Positions 35,373-46,600 of a stretch of 64,000 bases of DNA are shown here, piece after piece. How positions within the stretch are numbered: the first letter of the stretch is position 1; the number at the start of each line of letters is the position of its first letter. The position numbers and the translations under genes are program-made. The notes beneath the pieces were generated by a model. It was not told where the DNA came from and did no database searches. It saw nothing but the letters and a program-made list of their open reading frames with translations. The stretch is from Octopus vulgaris (lineage: Eukaryota): the NCBI GenBank assembly GCA_951406725.2, contig OX597824.1, forward strand, positions 95,418,001 to 95,482,000, read 5' to 3'.

Positions 35373-35850
35373 TTCTAATGCAAGAAATATTTCCAAAAAT
35401 ATTGTTTATAAACTTTTAATTTAACCATGTGAATCATGAAGCTAATTAAAACTTTGTCAATGTGGATGACATCACAGCAGTTTTGTGAATTTTTAAAACA
35501 ATCTCTTCTGTGGTTGCACAATTTTATGAGATCTTTATACCAAGTAATTATTTCAGTATGTTGTAAAACAACATGATTATTCCTTTAACCCTTTTGTCAC
35601 CATACTTCTGTTGAAATACAATGGTCTTTGTCTTCACTTAATTTCGAAAATACTGAATAATTTAGTGAAATAACTGTCATTAATCTGGTGTTTGAAACAA
35701 ATTTTGATGGAAGGTATTTTAATTTGAATCTCTTTAAAAACAAAAAGGTTATACCAAAAGACCAAGGGCAGGCTCAAGCAGGTTGGTACCAAAGGCTTAA
35801 AAACTGGATGATTAATATTGTGTAATGGCTGATTAATAATGTTGAACTCA

Positions 35851-36255
35851 AGGCGGCGAGCTAGCAGAAGTGTTAGCACACTGGGCGAAATGCGTAGCCG
35901 TATATCGTCAGCCGTTACGTTCTGAGTTCAAATTCCGCCGAGGTCGACTTTGCCTTTCATCCTTTCGGGGTTGATAAATTAAGTACCAGTTATGAACTGG
36001 GGTCGATATAATTGACTTAATACCTATGTCTGTCCTCTCTGTGTTTAGCCCCTTGTGGGTAGTAAAGAAATAGGTATTTCGTCTGCTGCTATGTTCTGAG
36101 TTCAAATTCTGCCGAGGTCGACTTTGCCTTTCATCCTTTCGGGGTCGATAAATTAAGTACCAGTTTCGCACTGGGGTCGATGTAATCGACTTAATACCTA
36201 TGTCTGTCCTTGTTTGTCCCCTCTATATTTAGCCCCTTGTGGGCAATAAAAAAAT
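35851..36255 (+). mobile_element. Dimeric Meta-like SINE
   Basis: Two tandem units within one 14-bp TSD (AATAATGTTGAACT). Confidence 0.8.
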
Positions 36256-38373
36256 AAATAATGTTGAACTGAGTAATAATGTCTAATAACTGATATACAA
36301 GATTTTATCAACAGATTTCTTATTGAAAACTTCTCAATGATAAGTTAATTCTGACGTCCTCATCTATTTCTTTTTTATATCTTGAGCTATTAATGTGATT
36401 TTATATACACAAGGAAAACAGTTTAACATTAAACTAAACAAAATCACTAAGTATTTTTTAACGAGTACATGTTTATTAAACTTTTACAAGCAGAGGTGTG
36501 ACAATGACTTCAAAGTTTCAATCTACTAGCCTTCATCATATATGTATGTGTATATATATATATGTATATATATGATCCAGTTTTATGAACCTGATGAATT
36601 ATGTTTGTTTTGCAAGCCTTGGACCTGAACCAGACTTGTTAAATAATATATGTAACTCCTACCTAACATGTTGAACGCCACTTTTTCTTTTGTTTGTCCA
36701 CTTATATACTATCATTGTCATTGTTTAATTTCTAACTTCCATGCTGTCATGGGTTGGATGGTTTGACAGGAGCTGGCAGAAGCATTAGCACGCCAGGTGA
36801 AATGCGTAGCCGTATTTCATCTGCTGTTGCGTTCTGAGTTCAAATTCCGCCGAGGTCAACTTTGCCTTTCATCCTTTCGGGGTCGATAAATTAAGTACTA
36901 GTTATGCACTGGGGTTGATGTAATCGACTTAATACCTATGTCCTTGTTTGTCCCCCCTCTGTGTTTAGCCCCTTGTGGGTAGTAAAGAAATAGGTATTTC
37001 GTCTGCCGCTATGTTCTGAGTTCAAATTCCGCCAAGGTCGACTCTGCCTTTCATCCTTTCTGGGTCGATTAAATAAGTACCAGTTACGCACTGGGGTCGA
37101 TATAATCGACTTAATCTGTTTGTCTGTCCTTGTTTGTCCCCTCTATGTTTAGCCCCTTGTGGGTAGTAAAGAAATAGGTTTGAGAAGATTGCGCCAGACT
37201 TCTGTGTCTGTTTTGACATGGTTTTTATAGCTGGATGCCCTTTTTATATACACACATATATATATAATTGTTTATTATCAGCATTAACTGAAAGTTAGTG
37301 ATGTCACCTAAATTATTGGTTAAAACACTTGTTTTTGAATCGTAAATATAATACTGAGGATCAAATGCTGGCATTGAAGATATGAACTTTCTTTTCATCT
37401 TAGATGAAATGCTGTGTACATTCATTGGTTCCTTTGACATTTTAGATCTAAAATATCTGTCTGAAATTAAGATGGTGAACTGGCAGACTCATTAGCACAC
37501 CTGACAAAATGCCTAATAGCATTTCTTCTATCTTTACCTTCTGATTTCAAATTCTGCCAAGATTGACTTTGCCGATGAAATAAATACCAGTTACGCGCTG
37601 GGGTCGATGTAATTGACTAACATCCTCTCCTGAAATTGCTGGCCTTGTGCCAAAATTCGAAACCAACATCTGGTCTAAAATTAATATTTAGAAGAATTCA
37701 AAGCAAATTGTGTGTGTTTGCCTCATGTTAATCTTAGTGGAAATTAAAACAAAATTAAAAAAAAAAAACAAAACACATTCTAATTGTACAGTAATAATTT
37801 GTTTTGATTTTATGATAATGAAAGTTCAAAATATTACATTTAGATCTACTTTGTGTATTAGCATACCTTTTATGTTGACATAAAATATTTTGATATTTTG
37901 GAGTCTGTTCTTCCATTTGTCTGTTGACCAAGTTTTGTGAAATGATATCTGTGAAATAATGTTACTGATCTGACATAATGCTTTCATTTCTTATTAAAAC
38001 ATTTTGAATAAATATTATCGTTTCTTACATTTGGGATATATTAATGCTTAAAGTTAATATCATTTCTTCATTACCATGTGTACATTTTTTGAAATTCAGA
38101 AGAACTCTCTGTATTCTGTGTAGGGAATGTGTCTTGTATTCTGTGTCTCTATTTCATATTTTCAATGTTGTTTTTATCTTTTACTTGTTTTGGTCTTTGA
38201 ACTGTGGCCATGCTGGGGCACCACCTTGAAGGGTTTAGTTGAACAAATCGACCATTGTACTTATTAAGTTTGGTACTTTATTGGACTCTTTTTTTTTTTT
38301 TTGCTGAACTACTAAGTTACAGGGGTGTAAATAAACCAACACCAGTTATCAAGTGATGGTGGTGGGGACACAG

Positions 38374-38410
<37 letters not shown>

Positions 38411-40399
38411 CATATGTTTATGTGCACACAAACACACTGGGCTTCCACACAGTTTCTGCCTACCTAATTTCACTCACAAGGCATTGGTTGATTTGAGGGT
38501 CTTTTAGAAATAATTTGCCTAAGGTGCCATGCAGTAGGACTGAACCCAGAACCATGTGATTATTAAGCAAGTCTTTTAACCACACAGCCATACTTGCACC
38601 TATTGTCATAGGTTATTATAAACCTACTAAGAGTCTTTGCATAGTTGTGCTACCTGATAGAATGTATAACCAAATCTCCCTCTGATAACACTGTACATTC
38701 TTAGATAAAGCTACATTAGAATATACAGTCCCAGAATGGCCACGACTGGGATGTCTTTGATTAGTTTAAGAAGGATACAGTTCTAAACAGTAACATAGTG
38801 GACTCTCAGTTGAATGTTATTTTATAAAAGGCTGTTTACTTTAACCCTTTCGGTACTGTATTTATTTTGAGACGCTGTGTGTGTTTCTTTCAGTTAGTTT
38901 TAAATATAACAAAACATTTAGTAAAATAACTTGGTTATCATTCAGCTAGTGTTAGGAACATAAATTGTGACTAAGGTTTGGTGGAAGATTTTAATTCAAA
39001 ACTTATGAAAACAAGATATTTGTACTCAGAGCCAGAGTCGGTTTCAGCTGGGTTGGTAACAAAAGGGTTCAAAAGAAATATAGACTAGTGGTTTAGGGTA
39101 TTGCATTCATTATTTCAAGATCCTGGTTTTGATTCCTGGACGGTCGAGCATTATGTTCTTGAGCAAAACATTTCATTTCACATTGCCCCAGTCCACTCAG
39201 CTGTCAACGAGTAACCCTGTGACAGACTATCCTTCTGACCAGTTCAAGGGCAATGTTGCAATCATGGTCATTTATGTTATGGAAACCGGGCAGCTGGTTC
39301 CACAAGTCTTAATACTTGAGACAGTAATGTCCAGAAGTTGATATTTAATTTTACCCTTTTAGCACAACTTACTTTATCATCTTAGGTATACTATTCCACT
39401 TCAGCTGTACACACAAGAACTGAAATATTGGCTACCAAATTGGATGGTTTTGAAATGTTAAAAACAATATTTATCTCGGTACAGGCGTGGCTGTGTGGTA
39501 AGAAGTTTGCTTCTCAACCGCATGGTTCTAGGTTCAGTCCCATTGTGTGACACCTTGGGCAAGTGTCTTCTATAGCATTGGGCTGACCAAAGCCTTGTGA
39601 ATAGATTTGGTAGAAGGAAACTGAAAGAAGCCTGTCATATATGTCTTTTTGTCCTCCATCGCTTGACAAACTGTGTTGGTGTGTTTATGTCCCTGTAACT
39701 TAGTGGTTCAGCAAAAGAGACCAACAGAGTAAGCACCAGGCTTAAAAAAAAAAGTAAGCCCTGGGATTGATTGATTTGACTAAAAATTCTTCAAGGCAAT
39801 GCTCCAGCATGGCTGCAGTCTAATGACTGAGACAAGTAAAAGAGGAAAGAGAAGATCTTAGTTTTTATTTATGAAAAATTAAAATAAAAAGTTTTAAAAA
39901 ATTTTGATTCAATATTTTAAAAAATGGTGGTTGATCAAGCAGACCTATGATTAGGCATTCTTGCCATGACCATCCAGTCTTTTCTGCAGATTGGGAGTCC
40001 TCTAGTTTTAGACAGTGGGATATGATGGATATGATTTGAGGGAGTTCTGCTGCTATTTCTTGCAAGTTGGGCGACTATGAAAGATACTCCCTCATTGGCT
40101 CGATCTGTTGAGGGTTGGGCTAACCAAAGCCTTGTGAATAGATTTGGTAGAAGGAAACTGAAAGAAGCCTGTCAACACCAATCAAGATATATAGTAAAAC
40201 ATTCCCCAACTATAGACATCTTGTCCTATTTTCAAGCATAGTGTACCAAGGAATACATTATATAAAGTATGACTTGAGGGAAATTTGGCTGCTGTTTCTA
40301 GCAGATCGAACAACATGGTTGAGGTTAAATTCATCTTCTGTAGAACCTCTTGGGCAAGTATTTCATCTCTCTCCATCCTGTCTCTCCTTCTCTTATAGT

Positions 40400-40640
40400 A
40401 AATGTTTGAGTCAGTTGCATTGGTTGTAGGTGGAGTTATCTGCCGCTAGGTGTCACCTCCTGCCAACATGGCGTCACCAAGTGCGGGCAATTCGGATCTC
40501 GATGCTGGTAACATTTTACCTTATTTCTGATTCCAACTCAATAACTCATCATTTTCTCCTTTTTACCATAATCCAATCCAGACAAAAATACTAGAAAACC
40601 ACTTAATTCGCGCCTTCCACCTTCCAATCGGCGGCCAAAC
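40400..40640 (+). promoter_or_regulatory. LIN52 promoter / first-exon region, locally CpG-rich
   Basis: TGAGTCA at 40407, inverted CCAAT at 40419, CTCF-like CCGCTAGGTGTCAC at 40443-40456, AACATGGCG start context, E2F-like TTCGCGCC at 40607, CCAAT at 40573 and 40624. Confidence 0.5.
40468..40507 (+). CDS. LIN52: LIN52 exon 1 (MASPSAGNSDLDA)
   Basis: ATG in AACATGG context, donor gtaaca in phase 1; MASP start as in human. Confidence 0.85.
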
Positions 40641-43600
40641 CCGACTTTTCTCCACAGCGTGGAAGTTGTCAGCTGTCTGTTAGAAAAATACAAGAAATTA
40701 ACGAAACACTTCGGGACTTTCTCCTTCTTCCCTCATTAATATCTTTTAATTAATTTAATTAACTTTACCCTACTTGTCTTCTTTAATAGTTTCCACACAT
40801 ATTTCATCCAAATATTTAGCCATGAATGTCTTATTTGTTTATCCAAACGGAAGATTTCACAAACTCCTTCGCTCAGCTTTCTTCGATCCGAGACATTTTC
40901 TGGCAAAATATATTTCATTCGATTTTTTTCACCTTTTGTGTGTTTTTCCCTCGTTGCATTATTTAAAGTTGACCTCAAACCCGACCGTCTTTATTCAGCA
41001 GTTTATCCATTTAGTCAGAGGTTATCGTCGAACGTAGAGGCTCTTATAATAACATACACCTGTATTAAAAGCCAAGCCACCGCTCGCTACGTTCCGAGTT
41101 CGAATTCCGCTGAGGTCGACTTTTGCCTTTTATCCTTTCGGGGTCGATTAAACAAGTACCAGTTACGCACTGGGGTCGATATAATCGACTTAATCCCTTT
41201 GTCTGTCCTTGTTTGTCCCCTCTATGTCTAAGCCCCTTGTGGGTAGTAAAGAAATAAGTATTTCGTCTGCCGTTACGTTCTGGGTTCGAATTCCGCCGAG
41301 GTCGACTTTGCCTTTCGTCCTTTCAGGGTCGATTAAATAAGTACCAGTTATGCACTGGGGTCGATATAATCGACTTAATCCCTTCGTTTGTCCTTCTTTG
41401 TCCTCACTGTGTTTAGCCCCTTGTGGGTAGTAAAGAAATAGGTATTTCGACTAAGAAGGAAGACCAGAGCTTGGAACCTGTGGCTAAAGAGACACTCTGT
41501 AATAGTTTACAGTGTTTCCATTCCTCATAACCGGATGCTGTATCTTTCCACCGAACATATCTTCAACTGTTTTGGATTGCGCCAGTTTTGCAAAACGGTT
41601 CTGCTTGGATTCCCAATGTTTTTGTTTCACAGGACACAGACTCGACCTCTTTCGGTCAGGAAACGGTCGCCTCCTCCAATCTCTTCCATTTCGGATTCAC
41701 CTTTAATAAACATGTCTTTAAAATATCCGTTTCGTCTAATTTTCTCCTGGATTTTATTACACAAGTTTGCTTATAACTACTCTTATAAACTTTACTCGGT
41801 ATTTTGTATGGTTTTTTTTCATGCTTTTTATTCCTAGTTTTAAAGAAATCCAAAAAAACTTTTTTCCTGGTACTACTTGAGAACAGTGGTCCCGGTGCGT
41901 GCACTCGCGCTAGCTAGTCGTGACTAGTCGATCCTTACTTTGTGTTTTATTTACTTTGCTAGGTAGTCGTTGTAAGATCGATTAGTCACGACTAGCTATA
42001 GCGCGACTACGCGAGTGCGCGCACCGGGACCACTGTTCTCAAGTAGTACCTTTTCCCTTAGACGTCAGCTATAGTTTCTAATACCAATGACGCAGTTATC
42101 AACTTGTCCTTTCTGCTGACACGTCCGCTGCAACACAGGATCGAACTAATTTTCTCTTCTATTAAAAGCAGTTGCTTCTCTTTTAATGGTTCTTCCTTAA
42201 CCCAAGTGACACATCTTTTTATTTTTCTCGAAACCATGTTACTGAAATAACAGCCACCAACATTTGTCCTTCTCTCTCAAGCACGTAAAAATATTTTCAT
42301 CACTTTTAACAAGAATCCTGTCTTTAACCTTTTGCCTGTTCAAAACATTTTCATAAGTTTGTCCTTAAACGTCTGTACTTGTTTTTAGACTTTGAGTTAG
42401 CCATCGTTTCATACGTTCTAAGCAATATAAAACTTTCCTTTCATAAGTCCCAAGTTGCTCTTGTACGTGAAGCAGATTGGGAATGTCATCATCATCATCG
42501 TTTAACGTCCGCTTTCCATGCTAGCATGGGTTGGACGATTTTGACTGAGGACTGGCGAACCAGATGGCTGCACCAGGCTCCAATCTTGATCTGGCAGAGT
42601 TTCTACAGCTGGATGCTCTTCCTAACGCCAGGAATGTGTATCATAAAACGAATGGACACCAGGGAAATATGTCCTGTAAAATCAAAGGTGATGCACAGCG
42701 ACAGACAAAGGGTTAATTACAGTAAACGTAATATTGATTTCTTAAATTGACATAAAAAACCAGTATTTGTATAAAGGTAAATATATTAACAAACCTAACT
42801 TTGTCCAGTTTCTCCTATTCTCATCCTTTCTAAGAAGTCTCATCTGTAATTTTTTAAATCAGTTTATGTAAATGATTCTAGAATGTAAATTCATGTTTCA
42901 CACAGGTAATAATTGATTGAGCAGAGCTATGGTGAGACATTCCACCTGTGACTGCCCCATCTTTTACAAGCCTATTATATCTGAGATGACATTATCCAAA
43001 GAGCTCAACTTTTCAAAGACTGTGGGGAATTTTGACTATTATTTTTAGCACATCAAGGGGCCTCATAATTGCTTCATTGGCTTTTTAGTACCAGTGAGCA
43101 GGTACTGCATTGTATTCTAATTTGGACAAAAACTCTAGAAGGCTTAACTTACACATTTTTTTTTTTTGTGGTTCAAAAAATGGAATTAATTTAAAGGATT
43201 TGATGATGTGGCTTCTGGATGTTGAACCTTACTGTGAGATTTTAAGTTGTTGCTGAACATTTCAAATGTTATTGTTTAGCTTTTAACAGCAAGTGCTGTC
43301 AACAAAGAGCAAGTCACAATTATTACTCAATTATATTGATTACAGTGGTATTAACTCAGTTTATTTAAGCTGCTAAAGCCTTGAAAAAAAAAAGAGAAAA
43401 AAGAACAACATGATTTCACAATGCTCCAATTTGTTATCATCAGCATCATCATCATCATTTAGCATCTGTTGTCCATGCTGGCATGGGTTGGACAGTTTGA
43501 CCAGGACTGGTAAGCTAAGTGGGATACACCAGGCTCCAGTCTGATTTGGCATGGTTTCTATGGTTGGATGCCCTTCCTAATGCCAACCACTCCAAGAGTG

Positions 43601-46600
43601 TTAGGGGTGCTTTTACGTGCCAGACTTCGTATTATTGTTGAAATTCCAAGTTGTGATATATGTGTGTTTGTTCGTTATACATCTGTTTTTCCATGCTAGC
43701 ATGGGTTAGATGAGCACCTATCTTTGAGGTATTGTTTTATAGCTGACTGCCCTTCTTTTTGCTAACAATTGCTAGTTTTTCAAGCAAAGGATTTTTTTAT
43801 TTTCCACTCACCTTCAAACATGCAGGACTAACAGATAATTTGTTGACAAGTACAGACATCAAACTTCACTGTTTGTAGCTCAGTACCTTTTCATTCAAAT
43901 CATAGAATGTAAGCACTCATGCACACACACAGTTGGTGTTTAGGAAGCTGTAATATATAGTAGAAATTATGTGTACAACTGCTATTGTTATGTTATAACT
44001 CCGTATAGATTATCATAATCTGCTTTCTGTGTAGTTGTTAAATAACTTCTATACTGAGTAATATTACTCAGTTATGAACTACAGAACAAATTACAAGAGT
44101 AATAAGGATAAACTCCTAGTTTATCTGCAACTGAATACAATCAAGTGTTCCTTGATGATCCGTTGTGTTTGAGCATCTAAATGCACTTGGAACACCTGTT
44201 GCAGGGCTCCAAACAGCAGTCATAATGGTGCAATCTGCATAGGAACTATAGCATAAACTTGTATTCATCCTTAATTCTCACACACACACACTCATATATA
44301 AAAAAAACATTTGAGTGAGGTCGTTGCCAGTGCTGCTGGACTAGCTCCTGTGCAGGTGGCACATAAAAAACCCCATTTGAGCGTGGCCGTTGCCAGTACT
44401 ACCTGACTGGCCCTCATTCCAGTGGCACATAAAAGCACCCACTACACTCTCGGAGTGGTTGGCAATAGGAAGGGCATCCAGCTGTAGAAACTCTGCCAGA
44501 TCAGATTGGAACCTTGTGCTGCCATCTGGTTCGCCAGTCCTCAGTCAAACCGTCCCACTACTAGTTTGCCATCACCCCTTCCTTCCTTATTCATCTATCA
44601 CCCCTTCTTTTTTTCATTCCTATGTTGTGACAGAGAAAAGCGCAAGAGTATTATTATAGTAGATATTAGAAAGTGAACAATTTTTGCTTAACAGACTGTG
44701 AGCAGACATTGATGAGTTATGAAAAATTGGACAGATCATCTCCTGACTTATGGCCTGAACAAAGTAAGTATGTGTATGTTTGTGTGTGTGTCTATAAACA
44801 AAGTATTTTATTTTATGTTTTAATTATTTGGGGATTAAGATATCATATTGATTTTATTATTAAGAGTATGTAGACACATTGTTCTCTTAGTTCTGTAAAA
44901 TATTTCGTTGTTGTCCCATATATGTTATTAATCATGTGACTAGTCTGAATTATTTGCTGTCATCACAACCAGTTTGTGATGCAATATTTGTAGTGTTTAG
45001 AGAAAGCTTTGCCTCGTTGATAAAGCTGTGTTACAATTCCTGCCTGTTGTTGTGTTCAGAAGCTTCACTCAACTCTTCTTCTTGAACACACTTACAGCAC
45101 TGCAATAATAGCTAGCTAAAGATGTTTCACCATCAGTCTTGCTACATCCAGTGTGAAGGCACATGGCTCAGTGGTTAGAGCATTGGGCTCACAATCATGA
45201 GGTAGTGAGTTCAATTCCCGGACTGGGCTGCGTGTTGTATTGTTGAGCAAGACACTTTATTTCGTGTTGCTCTGTTTCACTCAGCTGTAGAGATGAGTTG
45301 CAATGTCACTAGTGCCATTTGCCTTTCCATACAACAACATTGGTGGGGTGGAGAGGGGTGGATGATATGCATGGGCGACTGCTGGTCTTCCATAAACAAC
45401 CTTTCCTGGACTTGTGCCTCGGAGAGGAACTTTCTAGGTGCAATCCCATGGTCATTCATGACTGAAGGGGGTCTCTTTTACTCTTTTACTTGTTTCAGTC
45501 ATTTGACTGTGGCCATGCTGGAGCACCGCCTTTAGTCGAGCAAACTGACCCCAGGACTTATTCTCTGTAAGCCTAGTACTTATTCTATCAGTCACTTTTG
45601 CTGAACTGCTAAGTGACGGAGACATGAACACACTAGCATTGGTTGTCAAGCGATGTTGGGAGGACAAACACACACACACATATATATACATATACATACA
45701 TATACATGACGGACTTCTTTCAGTTTTCGTCTACCAAATCCACTCACAAGGCTTTGGTTGGCCTGAGGCTATAGTAGAAGACACTTGCTCAAGGTGCCAC
45801 GTAGTGGGACTGAACCCGGAAACATGTGGTTGGTAAGCAAGCTACTTACCACACAGCCACTTCTGCGCCTTTACATTTACCTGCTACATCCATTATTAAG
45901 AGAATAAAATCATTTCTATCATTTAAAATTTTATCTTAAAATATGCATTTTAAAGAGGGTTGGGAGAGGAGGAGTGCAGCGGGGAAATTTGTCTGCTACA
46001 TTGAGTAAACTGGGGGGGTTATATAAAACATCCTCAACTGGTCTGTAAAGAGCTAGTTGTCGTTTAACCTCTAAGGCAGTGAATTGTCAGAGCAAAGGAT
46101 GAAATACCTTGTGGTGTTTGGTTATGGTGCTTCACATCATGAGTTCAAATCCTGCTGAGATTGGCTTTGCATTTCATCCTTCCAAGATTGAAATGCTGTA
46201 CAATATAAACTGCTTATGAGTATTATGTTCTTACATACACACACCCAAGGCAAAAAAAGGTTTTCGGCAGGCATAGTATATCTGGGCTACATTATCTAAT
46301 GTGTACTTTTTATTAAAACAGTAAAGTATGATTTGAGGAAGCTTTGACTGCTATTTATAGCATGTCAAATGATCACATGTATGAAGAGGGTTCCCTTGCA
46401 TAATAGTAATACCACTGGCATTATATTTAGTGGTAGAAGTTTAAAGACAGCACAATTGGTGGTGACTTATTAATTTTTAATATTAGGAAGGTGGTGAGCT
46501 GGCAGAGTTGTTACCACACCAGGAATTTTGCTCATCGCTACGTTCTGAGTTCAAATTCTGCCGAGATCAACTTAGCCTTTTATCCTTTTGGGGTCAATAA

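Noticed and set aside
45157-45230. tRNA-like sequences with A and B boxes (also 49171, 61545, 26341)
   Set aside because: They continue into multi-copy SINE bodies and lack a complete cloverleaf; SINE heads, not tRNA genes
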